Virus record (IMG/VR): IMGVR_UViG_3300047382_000771
Location: 1 to 64,000 of that record
DNA length: 64,000 nt
Source of the DNA: a virus
Lineage: Duplodnaviria > Caudoviricetes
Strand: one strand, 5' to 3'
Shown here: positions 8,761 to 17,678 of the stretch, one piece after another
How the letters are laid out: every line of letters starts with the position of its first letter
Position numbering within the stretch: the first letter of the stretch is position 1
Notes under the pieces: generated by a model
The model's input: only the letters and a program-made list of their open reading frames with translations
Databases searched by the model: none
What the model was told of the DNA's origin: nothing
Translations under genes and position numbers: made by a program

Positions 8761-9256
8761 GGTATCTAACTATATATGTTTTAAATGATCTGTCAACTAA
8801 AATATCGTGAATCATTGTATTAATAATTCTTTTACTTCCACCCGCAAGACCGCAAGAGATGCCGTAGGGCAAGCCTAGAACCTTCTCTTCGTCATCGTGC
8901 TTACTTTGCCATTCAATATGATCTGCAACATTTTCTAGTGCAACATAAAATGCTTCGTAATTAACTGCTCTTTTGCCCCCAACTTTATCTTGCGTATACA
9001 TATTATATACCCCTTTATTTTGAGTGGCATCAGCCCATGCGAAACTAAAGTTACCCAATACATTTTTATCTTCCATCATCGCATGGCAATCAGCCGAGTA
9101 TGCTTCGGGGTAAGTGTGCTTTATATCAAGAGCAATACCTGCGCCCATAACATTATGAGTATTGCAGGAATGAGCGATGTAATCCAACCCATGAAAGTGC
9201 ATCTTTAATAAGTTACCCTCAATAATTTCTATATTTTCACATAATATGTCTGTCAT
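8753..9256 (-). CDS. Macrodomain (Appr-1-p / ADP-ribose hydrolase-like) protein
   Basis: IEGNLL, IAHSCN-x4-MGAGIA-x2-IK-x2-YPE, NMYTQ, LPYGISCGLAGG macrodomain motifs. Confidence 0.88.
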   Translation of the reverse strand: MTDILCENIEIIEGNLLKMHFHGLDYIAHSCNTHNVMGAGIALDIKHTYPEAYSADCHAMMEDKNVLGNFSFAWADATQNKGVYNMYTQDKVGGKRAVNYEAFYVALENVADHIEWQSKHDDEEKVLGLPYGISCGLAGGSKRIINTMIHDILVDRSFKTYIVRYHE

Positions 9257-9262
9257 AATTGT

Positions 9263-9291
9263 AAATTAGTATATAAACAATGATGTGTCAA
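9263..9291 (-). promoter_or_regulatory. sigma70 promoter TTGACA-N17-TAATTT
   Basis: -35 9286-9291, -10 9263-9268; ATG 6 nt downstream. Confidence 0.6.
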
Positions 9292-9758
9292 GAAAATTCC
9301 CAACATTCTAAATCTTTTTTAATGTCAGATATAACTACCATAGTAATTAAATCTTGCCTACCATAACGTTGGTAATATCTATACTTTGCATCCCTACTAT
9401 ATTGAACAAATTCTTGGTCAGTAACTTTGGATTTTACCCAAGAAAGCAAGTCGCTCCTTCTTACTATTAGGAAATGATCTTTTTGCTCAAACGCAATGTA
9501 ATCAGCTTTACCCAAGAGAGAACCATCTTTTCCTCTTACATTTTTTAACTCCAACCAAGTTATATTATAGTCTAAATTAGAGTCTGATCTACTTTTTTTT
9601 CTTGCCCCTTTAACATCGACTAAAGATACTTTTCGCGTTTTTGGGTTGGTTATTTGCCAATCCCAATGTTCGTAAATATCTTGATCTCTAGTGGCATGGT
9701 TGAGTTCGTAATTTTTAGAATTACATATTTGTGAGAATCTTAGTTCTGCTTTGTCCAT
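9288..9758 (-). CDS. PD-(D/E)XK-fold endonuclease-like protein
   Basis: DIYEHWD...VDVKG (D...D-x-K) pattern of a common phage nuclease family. Confidence 0.6.
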   Translation of the reverse strand: MDKAELRFSQICNSKNYELNHATRDQDIYEHWDWQITNPKTRKVSLVDVKGARKKSRSDSNLDYNITWLELKNVRGKDGSLLGKADYIAFEQKDHFLIVRRSDLLSWVKSKVTDQEFVQYSRDAKYRYYQRYGRQDLITMVVISDIKKDLECWEFS

Positions 9759-10760
9759 TTATTTTAATAAGTTATCTCTAAGAAGTTTGATTGCTTTATC
9801 TTTACCTTTTACTTCACATTCCCATTTAGCAGGTTTGTCGGGTTCAATCGCAATGTAAGGTGGGCAATTTCCTAAAGCAAAATACTCTGCATGAGCGCGA
9901 GGTTTTTCGGGAGTGCCTTCTGACCAATGAAAAACAGGGGCAATAAAATATCCTTCGCTATCACCTTGAGCAACCCATGTATGCGCGCAACGTTCTGCTT
10001 GAAATCCAACACTACCATCTTCTGATGGATTGCAATAGTCGTGCAAGTTGTCGTAGCAAACAGGAATATTAACGCCATGAACTGCAAACAAATACTCGCT
10101 AAATTTAATGCAATTATCTACATTGAAGAAACCTTTGTCTTCGTTCTCGATAGTAAGACGATTGTAAACACCTTTGTCGCACATGGAAAGATTGCGAAAA
10201 AATCTAGTAGCAACAACCTCTAATGTTTCGTCACCTTTAGGATTGTAATTAATATGAATGTTCATTGGGGCAGTATGATCTTGAGGTAAGCCTATTTTGT
10301 CAAGCACACTAGCTTGCATATTTAATTCCCCAATAGTTCTGCGAACTGCGTCGGGATTTGTAGATGCAAGAACATTAAATTGATCGGGGTGAGAACCCAT
10401 ACTTATGCCGTTCTCTCTAGCAGTTTTACCTACTTGTTTTAATTCTTGGTTAATTTGCTCAATATCGGGCAATTCATCAAGAGAAATCTCCAAAGTTTCA
10501 TCGGTAACGAGAGGAAAAAGAGCAGAACTAACACGATAATGCCCGATATTTGACTTAGCACAATGACCGACAATAGATTCAGTAACAACAACATTGTGCA
10601 AAATTCTACTAGATAGCTCCTTAATTGCTTCATTTCTACCTATACTTACACAAAGATCGTTAAATCTTTTGCGTGTCATAGTACGAAAAGAATATTCTTT
10701 TTTATCTATATCCTTTAGTTGTTCACTAATGCAAGTTAAGCCTAGAATTTGATGTGTCAT
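9759..10760 (-). CDS. uvsE: UV-damage endonuclease UvsE/UVDE, apparently intact
   Basis: YRVSS, SHPDQF, NIH, IENED, YDNLHD, FHWSE, AHAEY, ECEVKGKD: full metal-ligand set. Confidence 0.9.
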   Translation of the reverse strand: MTHQILGLTCISEQLKDIDKKEYSFRTMTRKRFNDLCVSIGRNEAIKELSSRILHNVVVTESIVGHCAKSNIGHYRVSSALFPLVTDETLEISLDELPDIEQINQELKQVGKTARENGISMGSHPDQFNVLASTNPDAVRRTIGELNMQASVLDKIGLPQDHTAPMNIHINYNPKGDETLEVVATRFFRNLSMCDKGVYNRLTIENEDKGFFNVDNCIKFSEYLFAVHGVNIPVCYDNLHDYCNPSEDGSVGFQAERCAHTWVAQGDSEGYFIAPVFHWSEGTPEKPRAHAEYFALGNCPPYIAIEPDKPAKWECEVKGKDKAIKLLRDNLLK

Positions 10761-10766
10761 TTTGTT

Positions 10767-10795
10767 ACAATACTTGAGATGTATTCATTTGTCAA
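10767..10795 (-). promoter_or_regulatory. sigma70 promoter TTGACA-N17-TATTGT
   Basis: -35 10790-10795, -10 10767-10772; ATG 6 nt downstream. Confidence 0.7.
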
Positions 10796-10803
10796 GCGTT
10801 TTT

Positions 10804-10817
10804 GTGTACTAATATGT
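10804..10817 (+). promoter_or_regulatory. GTGTA motif (putative phage late promoter), plus strand
   Basis: GTGTACTAATATGT-ATG; same motif and 14-nt offset as at 32204 and 50180. Confidence 0.5.
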
Positions 10818-11057
10818 ATGGAGATAAACGAAATTATTATTTTGGGGATTGGCACTTTGGTATCAGTTATAGCTTTTTATTTAAAAAGAGAGGCTTTAAA
10901 AATAGAAAGAGTGCATAACGATTTGAGAAAGATGGAAATAGATTTAGCTAAAAACGATGCTAGAGATGCTGAAAGATGGATTCAGATACAAAAACTTTTA
11001 GAAGACCGCAGGATTGATGCTATTAAAATATTTGAAAAAATAAATAATTTAAAATAA
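10818..11057 (+). CDS. N-terminal TM plus coiled-coil protein (79 aa), holin/lysis-accessory-like
   Basis: MEINEIIILGIGTLVSVIAFYLKR... single TM followed by a charged helix. Confidence 0.6.
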   Translation: MEINEIIILGIGTLVSVIAFYLKREALKIERVHNDLRKMEIDLAKNDARDAERWIQIQKLLEDRRIDAIKIFEKINNLK

Positions 11058-11140
11058 TGATCGATCTAACTATGGTAGAGGTTTTTAGTTATGCAATGAT
11101 CAGTTGTATAATCCTTTGTTGGATATTTGAAGAAAGTTAA
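11057..11140 (+). CDS. Small TM peptide (27 aa)
   Basis: MIDLTMVEVFSYAMISCIILCWIFEES; TAATG overlap with the upstream ORF. Confidence 0.5.
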   Translation: MIDLTMVEVFSYAMISCIILCWIFEES

Positions 11141-11242
11141 ATGGAGAAAGATTGGTATTGGATTGTCTCTCTGTTATTATTTTTCTTAGAAAGAGAGGCT
11201 ATTATGGAAATATGTTTTCTAATCATTAGTTTAATCCTTTAA
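11141..11242 (+). CDS. Small hydrophobic peptide (33 aa)
   Basis: MEKDWYWIVSLLLFFLEREAIMEICFLIISLIL; ATG directly follows the upstream TAA. Confidence 0.5.
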   Translation: MEKDWYWIVSLLLFFLEREAIMEICFLIISLIL

Positions 11243-11513
11243 GGATATTATCTAATTCTTCCAATGTTACCTCTTCACCTTTATCGCAATCTTCGCAAAA
11301 TTTACCAAATTTAATTTCATCAGCATATAAAATATTGTAAGAAGACTTTTGAGCATCGTCAAGCATTAACCTTAATGTAGTAAGTAAATCTTTGACATTG
11401 TAATCTTCAATTTCGGGTTTTTCGCTATGCGCGCATATATCCCCATCGTCATTATAGATGACCTCGTAAAGACCATAGCAATCTCTATTTTTAATTATTC
11501 TGTAATTCCACAT
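11226..11513 (-). CDS. Conserved phage hypothetical protein (WNYR...EV-x-Y type)
   Basis: MWNYRII...LYEVIYNDDG motif. Confidence 0.7.
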   Translation of the reverse strand: MWNYRIIKNRDCYGLYEVIYNDDGDICAHSEKPEIEDYNVKDLLTTLRLMLDDAQKSSYNILYADEIKFGKFCEDCDKGEEVTLEELDNILKGLN

Positions 11514-11514
11514 A

Positions 11515-11604
11515 TTAAGATTTGTTGTGCCAAAGATTATAAACAGAGATAGAAAATAAGGTCAAACCTAAAATACAAGCAAAGTAAAACATTAAATTAT
11601 CCAT
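11515..11604 (-). CDS. Small TM peptide (29 aa)
   Basis: MDNLMFYFACILGLTLFSISVYNLWHNKS. Confidence 0.4.
   Translation of the reverse strand: MDNLMFYFACILGLTLFSISVYNLWHNKS
11536..11565 (-). promoter_or_regulatory. sigma70 promoter TTGACC-N18-TATAAT (extended -10)
   Basis: -35 11560-11565, TG-n-TATAAT at 11536-11544. Confidence 0.6.
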
Positions 11605-11767
11605 CGTTTTCAATTTCTCTTACATGGTCTACTGCCAACTCTTTGCATTTTTGAACCACTTCGGGGTGATTTAATTCAACCCAATATTTTATGATTTTAT
11701 TTTGGTAATACAAAACCAAATCTTCATTAGAATAATTTATTTGAGGATTATTTGTTTGCGTTTTCAA
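11597..11767 (-). CDS. Hypothetical protein (56 aa, TTG start)
   Basis: Manual translation ...NEDLVLYYQNKIIKYWVELNHPEVVQKCKELA... Confidence 0.45.
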   Translation of the reverse strand: MKTQTNNPQINYSNEDLVLYYQNKIIKYWVELNHPEVVQKCKELAVDHVREIENDG

Positions 11768-12065
11768 TAGTCAATTTTCTTTTAGTTCTTTCAGTTCTAG
11801 CTCTACGACGTAAACCCCTGTCCAACTTATTAGTTAAGTCATCAATAGCTTTGAAAGGGTTGTCGCTATGAGCAGACAATATTATATTTTTCCCTTTCAA
11901 TTCCAAGTGACCTTTGGCAGTAAAGCCATCAGATTTAGAGATGTTAATACTAGCAGTTATTATGCGACTTTGATGGGTGAATAATTTATTAAACTTCTGT
12001 TCTATGACAGATTTAAGTTCTTCACCAATAGACATATTTAAGCCCGATATATTAATTTTATTCAT
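11748..12065 (-). CDS. hpf: Ribosome hibernation promoting factor (short HPF/RaiA, S30AE family)
   Basis: INISGLNMSIGEELKSVIEQKFNKL...SAHSDNPFKAIDDLTNKLDRGLRR matches the S30AE pattern. Confidence 0.85.
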   Translation of the reverse strand: MNKINISGLNMSIGEELKSVIEQKFNKLFTHQSRIITASINISKSDGFTAKGHLELKGKNIILSAHSDNPFKAIDDLTNKLDRGLRRRARTERTKRKLTIENANK

Positions 12066-12071
12066 ATGAGA

Positions 12072-14657
12072 TTAATTTTTAGTTAATTTAGAATCTAATG
12101 AAACCTTCATTACTTGAGACATTTTAATTAACTCTTCTTGGGTTTCACTTGAATAATGAGAAGTGCTAATAATTATTTGACTCTCATTGGCTTCGATTTT
12201 TCTCTTAATGTCAACCTCGTAACCCCTAGCACAAGTTCTATACCAATCATGAATAGCTTGATCTACAAAGTCTTTTGCATTTGGGTATTCTTTCTTTAAT
12301 TTGTTCCTCATGGATTTAACACTAACATGATCCAAATTCAAAACATACCTTCTATCATCACCATTAGACTCAAAGCCAATAAGATCGTTACTAGACATTC
12401 TAATTGGATCAATTCCAGACTCTTGATCGCAATTAACCAACCTAAGAACCTCAAATTTAGAACATTGATCTTCCTTGATCGGGTGCAAGTCAAAATCACC
12501 ATCATTAGACCTAGTAGTATTTCTCTTTCTAGGTTTAGGGTTATTTGAGGATTTTTTGCTCCCAATTTTAGATTCACGTAAAACATTTTGACATTCAAAC
12601 TCAAACTCAAATGTATCGAAGTGATGCTTGCTTGAGGCATTTGGAAAGATAGAGATTCTACACTTAAACGCATCCATTGCAGAGCATTTAGCATCCCTCA
12701 CCACATTAAATGTTACTATCCCTTCCTCATTAGCATTCCAACATACATTCTCTAACGAAGACCAATCTTCAGAGTCTAACCCTGCAACATGGAACTCAAA
12801 TCCGATACCATGCTTTTCGTAGAAAGACTGCTTTGCATCACTATTGACTTGGATATGAAAAGTATTAGCATTTAGATCAATCTCCTTGCGAACACCTTCG
12901 TATTCAGTAGAGGCACTAAAATTTTTAGTAATCAAGTGCATTTCGGTCAATAAGGCTTTTAATTTCTTATTGGAATCATCTGCACCACAATCTCCACCAA
13001 AAAGACCATTAGTATCTGTGCAAGTTTTGGGGGTTTTTCCCTTGGTCTTACCTAAAGACTTTTTAGCTTGAGCGAAGAATTTTTGAAACAAATCGTTTTT
13101 CTCCTTGGTTTCTTTAAAAACCAATGATTGATGATATTCCAAGGCATCATGCTTTTGCTTTGAACTTTTAACAGATTCGATGATTCTTTTCCTTACAGAA
13201 TCAAAGAAACTACCCCTCAATGTCTCTCTGTCAACAGAGTGCATCTCAGCTTTTGCATCCAAGGTCAATCCATTTAAATCAATATAACCTATCGTGTAAT
13301 CAGATAAAATACCAAACTCCCAATCCTTATTTAAGGAGCTTTTAGGTTCAACCCATTGCCATTGAGTTCCGAGTTTCCAACCCACTCCACCTAAACCTTC
13401 TAAGAAGCCTTTGCTATTCTTACCTACCCATTCTTTAAAGAAGTAGAATTTACCTGTCACTTCACCATACTCAGTTTGGAGAGAAATTGGATATTCAGAA
13501 AGATACCTGTGATTTTGATTGCCATACCTACCAATACTATGATTAGGATTCAAATGAGCCTCAAGACCACAATACGCAGTTAAATCATCTCCGTGCATCT
13601 TGCCCGATTTTTCTTTGTTGTAAAGAGGTTGGATCATATTAATTGGTACAGAATTGAATGGAGTCATGAATTTAACTGCACTAGCGAGTTTTGCATTTTC
13701 TTTCAAATTTGGTTTAGCCGTACCCGAAACTGATTGCAATTTCTCATTAATGTTAAAGTCAAACAAACGAATCCAAGTTCCATACTCCATTGAGTCGAAG
13801 CCATACTTTTTTAACTTGACATGACCAACAGCAACATCACCCATGGACACATCCAAGGATTCTGATGAAAAATGGGGCACTTTACCATTTATAGTCAAGT
13901 AAACTAAAGCAAATTTTTTGGTGGAAGTTTTATTTGTAATACCCCAACTCATCAATTCGCTAGGAGCTAACTTCATGATCGGCACAAAACTCCAATGGTC
14001 AGCATGAGGCTTGCTTTCATCATAGCAAGAAGGGGCAGGTTTACTCATGATCGTGTTGATGGAGTGTCCCTCTCCAAAATTAAATCCACCTAATCCACCT
14101 CTTGAAAACTGACCCGAAAGAAAAGGTTTATCGTCTTTGATGCTATCTCCTGTCGAAAGAAATGTATTTTCAAAATCACAATGAGCTACACCACAACCTT
14201 TGTCGAGAAAACTGATCGTTGGGTTTGGGCTTTTCTCGTTGATCTTAGCATTTTCCATAACCACTAATGTCTCTTGAATCGACTTAATTTTTTCTTCTGC
14301 CAAATCAGCCCAATCAGAAGCCCCGAAATACCTCTCCATTGCTTTTGCGACACTTTGTGGAGCATACTTAGACGTAGGGTCTATCCCCTCTTGCAAGCAA
14401 TACTTCATCATTACCGCATCTTGAGAGTTAATTATTTTCTCGATCAATGCAAGTAAAGCAACCTTATTTGCAGATGTAACACTACTAGCGTTCCCAGGAT
14501 CATCGCCAAAAAATTTCCACTCAACTAAGTTGCCCTCGATATTGGTGGAGGCTTTATTTAAACCATAAGGTTTAATGATCTTATCCCAAAAGTCTTGCTC
14601 GTTTTTGCAAGATGCGCTTAATTTAGCAAAATGTAATGATAATTCTTGTTCTGTCAT
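12072..14657 (-). CDS. GHKL (MutL/Hsp90/MORC-like) ATPase, 861 aa
   Basis: Bergerat motifs: LIEKIINSQDA, FLDKGCG, SGQFSRGG, YGTWIRL; long uncharacterised C-terminus. Confidence 0.75.
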   Translation of the reverse strand: MTEQELSLHFAKLSASCKNEQDFWDKIIKPYGLNKASTNIEGNLVEWKFFGDDPGNASSVTSANKVALLALIEKIINSQDAVMMKYCLQEGIDPTSKYAPQSVAKAMERYFGASDWADLAEEKIKSIQETLVVMENAKINEKSPNPTISFLDKGCGVAHCDFENTFLSTGDSIKDDKPFLSGQFSRGGLGGFNFGEGHSINTIMSKPAPSCYDESKPHADHWSFVPIMKLAPSELMSWGITNKTSTKKFALVYLTINGKVPHFSSESLDVSMGDVAVGHVKLKKYGFDSMEYGTWIRLFDFNINEKLQSVSGTAKPNLKENAKLASAVKFMTPFNSVPINMIQPLYNKEKSGKMHGDDLTAYCGLEAHLNPNHSIGRYGNQNHRYLSEYPISLQTEYGEVTGKFYFFKEWVGKNSKGFLEGLGGVGWKLGTQWQWVEPKSSLNKDWEFGILSDYTIGYIDLNGLTLDAKAEMHSVDRETLRGSFFDSVRKRIIESVKSSKQKHDALEYHQSLVFKETKEKNDLFQKFFAQAKKSLGKTKGKTPKTCTDTNGLFGGDCGADDSNKKLKALLTEMHLITKNFSASTEYEGVRKEIDLNANTFHIQVNSDAKQSFYEKHGIGFEFHVAGLDSEDWSSLENVCWNANEEGIVTFNVVRDAKCSAMDAFKCRISIFPNASSKHHFDTFEFEFECQNVLRESKIGSKKSSNNPKPRKRNTTRSNDGDFDLHPIKEDQCSKFEVLRLVNCDQESGIDPIRMSSNDLIGFESNGDDRRYVLNLDHVSVKSMRNKLKKEYPNAKDFVDQAIHDWYRTCARGYEVDIKRKIEANESQIIISTSHYSSETQEELIKMSQVMKVSLDSKLTKN

Positions 14658-14675
14658 AATTATAAGTAATAAATA

Positions 14676-15881
14676 TTATTGGTGATTGACGTAATTTAAA
14701 ACTGCCTGTTGGCATGATTTGCTGAGAGAAGACACTTTAACCGATAATGGTTGGTTGTCTTTAGTAAAAGTAATGATGCAATCGTAATCCAAGTCATCAA
14801 TATTGTCAAGAGAATTCTTGTCTAATTTCAAATCCATAGGATTTCCATGCACAGACCAAGGGTAATCATCAGAAAAAATTGACTCATTATTTTTGCCTTC
14901 AAATTCTATTTCTGATTGAGAAGCATCAGTTGGATTATCGAACATATCTCCATACAAATGATGTATGTATTCCTTGTGCCTCTGCACAACAAAAGACTCC
15001 GTAATATCGTAAAAGTTTAATTTTAACTTATCTGTATTTGGATGATAGTGCGGATCAATTTTATCGCCCAAATCCATCCAATTAACAAACTTTTCTACAT
15101 AGTTGCGACTACAACGACCTTCTTCCTTTCTAATAATGCTCATGATGTCTGTAAAAGTTAAACGATTTCCTTGTATTTCTTTGATCCCTCTATGGAAATT
15201 TAAATACGCAGTAGTAGAAATTTGTCTCTCTTTTTCCTCAATGCCTTTGTAGTATTCATCGAGAACTTTTTGCTTGTCTTCTATGTAAAAGTAAGTTTCC
15301 CCTTTATAAGAGACTCTTTTTAATTTAGAGCAATCTCCACCCAATAACCTTCCAACAGGAGCATGACTTGGTTTCACGTTTAACCATGAGCATATTTCTT
15401 TTAAGGAATAGTGGTTTGGAGGTAATCTCTTAACGCGAGGAGGTTTACCAATTTTCACCATGTATGATTTGTAATGCTCACCAAACTGCCTTTTTGTCAC
15501 CTTCAAATATTTGCGACCATGCCTAATAGTTGAGGGAATATTAAATGCCTTTGCGATTTTATTTACTAAATTAGTAGAACCTTTTGCAATACCCAAGTAC
15601 GCCGTGCATTCTTGTAAGCTCAAGCAACCATCATAAGATGGAGCTTCACTTCTATTCCTAGTAACCTTGGCAGGAGAATTAGTTTTTGGAGTTGAATCTT
15701 CGTGCTTGATCTCAGATTCTTCTTTGATGGATTGAACCTTATTTGAGACATCTGTAATATCAATATCAGTAGTTGGGTTGCTTTCACCAATTTGTTTTTC
15801 AAGACGAAGTTTCTGCAACTCTACTTCTAAAAGTTCTTTTTTTAATTCTAATATGCGAAGTTCGGAATCTGTATTATTCAT
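14676..15881 (-). CDS. Coiled-coil plus three MerR/Xis-like winged-helix repeats (401 aa)
   Basis: LSLQECTAYLGI, YSLKEICSWLNV, LTFTDIMSII, each followed by a wing-like hairpin; start reassigned to MNNT. Confidence 0.55.
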   Translation of the reverse strand: MNNTDSELRILELKKELLEVELQKLRLEKQIGESNPTTDIDITDVSNKVQSIKEESEIKHEDSTPKTNSPAKVTRNRSEAPSYDGCLSLQECTAYLGIAKGSTNLVNKIAKAFNIPSTIRHGRKYLKVTKRQFGEHYKSYMVKIGKPPRVKRLPPNHYSLKEICSWLNVKPSHAPVGRLLGGDCSKLKRVSYKGETYFYIEDKQKVLDEYYKGIEEKERQISTTAYLNFHRGIKEIQGNRLTFTDIMSIIRKEEGRCSRNYVEKFVNWMDLGDKIDPHYHPNTDKLKLNFYDITESFVVQRHKEYIHHLYGDMFDNPTDASQSEIEFEGKNNESIFSDDYPWSVHGNPMDLKLDKNSLDNIDDLDYDCIITFTKDNQPLSVKVSSLSKSCQQAVLNYVNHQ

Positions 15882-15891
15882 AATGGTTGGT

Positions 15892-15920
15892 ATGTTAAAT
15901 AAGTTTTTTGAAAAAGTCAA
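15892..15920 (-). promoter_or_regulatory. sigma70 promoter TTGACT-N17-TAACAT
   Basis: -35 15915-15920, -10 15892-15897. Confidence 0.6.
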
Positions 15921-15943
15921 CAACAATTTTAAAAATTTAAAAA

Positions 15944-16120
15944 TTATAATGGGTCTCTGTTTATTTCTATGATAAATTCCCTTATTTTATGCTCTAAATG
16001 TTTTGCATAATTGGCTAAACTCAAGATACCATTATAGTACCTTTGTCTGTCTTCTTCGTGATGTAACGATGCCTCTATAAGAGTCTGTTTAATTATGTAA
16101 TCTATGTCTTTTGTGTCCAT
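15944..16120 (-). CDS. Hypothetical protein (58 aa)
   Basis: Manual translation MDTKDIDYIIKQTLIEASLHHEEDRQRYY...; TAATG coupling to ruvB. Confidence 0.55.
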   Translation of the reverse strand: MDTKDIDYIIKQTLIEASLHHEEDRQRYYNGILSLANYAKHLEHKIREFIIEINRDPL

Positions 16121-17043
16121 TATAATACCTCACATACTTTGCGACCGAAACGAGTAATTTTTCTCTTACCATCAATTTCAATCAAGTTTTTATTTAATAA
16201 ATAAAGTTCATGATCTCTCTGTAAAGCAGTTTTGCTTAAACCAACTTTAGCAGATATGCCTGTTAAGGTAGACTCATTTACTTGTTTAAGAAATTTAAGA
16301 ATTTGTTTTTCTATATGACTAAGACCGAATGGTAAAATGCCCACCTTGTCTTGTAAGTCTCTAAAGTTGTCTAATGAAAATTGATTTGACTCATTCGCCC
16401 CACAATACAATGCAATCTCTTTAGCTCTTTTGACTGCACTACGAGCATTTCCACGTATAGTTGTAGCAACCTCTTGTATGCAACCTTCTTCAAAATCGAC
16501 ATCGGGCGAGCAAAGCTCAACAATTTCTGAAAGCTCTTCTTCATCGTAAGGTTCAAAATCAATGTTTGTGAGTCTGTCTTTTAATGGAGGAAAAATTTTA
16601 TCAGTTTCGGTTGTTGCAAAAATAAAAGTTTGTTGCATAAAGTTGAATTCAAAGTTCATCCCGTTCCACTCAAAATTTTTACGAGAGTTAGCCTCTGCAT
16701 TAAAGATAGTTAAGAATGCCATTGTCAAATCCGTAGGCAAAGCATGGCACTCATCGAACAAGATGGTCACCTCATTGTCAGCTATAAGAGGTAAGAAAAT
16801 TTGCTCAAAAAACTGCTCATTATTCTTAATTGTTGAGCAATTTAACTCTATAAAAGCCCTCTTCTCTCCATCTTGGTTGTAGAGGTTTTTAGCAAATGCT
16901 TTTGCAAACTCTGTTTTACCTAAACCTTTAGCACCCGCCATTAATAGAAATGGCGCTTGAGATGTTTTGTGGAAAGCATCAAGATAAAAAGATAATTTTT
17001 TCTTAACAGCTACTTGTCCTACTAAATCGGGAAAATAATTCAT
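16120..17043 (-). CDS. ruvB: Holliday junction branch-migration helicase RuvB-like AAA+ ATPase
   Basis: DLVGQ, GAKGLGKT (Walker A), ILFDECH (Walker B), FATTE, PLKDR, RGNAR and RuvB-type C-terminal winged helix. Confidence 0.85.
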   Translation of the reverse strand: MNYFPDLVGQVAVKKKLSFYLDAFHKTSQAPFLLMAGAKGLGKTEFAKAFAKNLYNQDGEKRAFIELNCSTIKNNEQFFEQIFLPLIADNEVTILFDECHALPTDLTMAFLTIFNAEANSRKNFEWNGMNFEFNFMQQTFIFATTETDKIFPPLKDRLTNIDFEPYDEEELSEIVELCSPDVDFEEGCIQEVATTIRGNARSAVKRAKEIALYCGANESNQFSLDNFRDLQDKVGILPFGLSHIEKQILKFLKQVNESTLTGISAKVGLSKTALQRDHELYLLNKNLIEIDGKRKITRFGRKVCEVL

Positions 17044-17044
17044 T

Positions 17045-17275
17045 TTAATCAAATTTTGTAATTTTATATTCTATCTTAGGAGTTTCCTCCTTATTTAAAT
17101 CGATAACCTTAGATTGTGGTTCTAAGGGTATGGGGCTAACATAGTCTTGTCCTGTCAAGGCGTCAAGCCATTTCTTACATACGACAACTTTTGTTTTGCG
17201 ACCTACCCAATCGCCAAGTTCTTCATAACTAATTTCAATATATGGGCTATAACCCTTTGGTCTTCCTCTATTCAT
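17045..17275 (-). CDS. Small basic protein with N-terminal RGRPKG (AT-hook-like)
   Basis: 76-aa ORF, first gene after a promoter, immediately upstream of ruvB. Confidence 0.65.
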   Translation of the reverse strand: MNRGRPKGYSPYIEISYEELGDWVGRKTKVVVCKKWLDALTGQDYVSPIPLEPQSKVIDLNKEETPKIEYKITKFD

Positions 17276-17284
17276 AATAATGTG

Positions 17285-17313
17285 ACATTAAACAGATAAA
17301 TAATAAATGTCAA
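17285..17313 (-). promoter_or_regulatory. sigma70 promoter TTGACA-N17-TAATGT
   Basis: -35 17308-17313, -10 17285-17290. Confidence 0.65.
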
Positions 17314-17678
17314 CCCAAAACGTCATCGAATTCAGATTTTTGTTTATTAATCTGATGGATCAAAGTGCAGGTCACATTTTTTAAAGACAAAAGACTTTCG
17401 ATGTCAACCTCTCTTTCGGCAGGTATATCTACCAAGTCTCTATGCAAAGTAACCAACTCATCTAAAGCATCTGATTGTTTTTTATATAAAACAATTAAAT
17501 AATCGCAAGAAGAATAAAGTTTTTTCTTCATTCTTTTCCTCTGCGCTCTTGAAGGAAAGTTATTTTTATCAAAGAAATTACTTAATGTTGAGATGCAATC
17601 TGTGTGTTTCTTTTCTTGGTTTGAGCATTCTAAAGTAAAAAAATCAAAAGTATCCCAAGCAAGTTTTAATTTATCCAT
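17310..17678 (-). CDS. Hypothetical helical protein (122 aa)
   Basis: Start reassigned to MDKLK (TAATG overlap); TGA inside the -35 box. Confidence 0.6.
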   Translation of the reverse strand: MDKLKLAWDTFDFFTLECSNQEKKHTDCISTLSNFFDKNNFPSRAQRKRMKKKLYSSCDYLIVLYKKQSDALDELVTLHRDLVDIPAEREVDIESLLSLKNVTCTLIHQINKQKSEFDDVLG

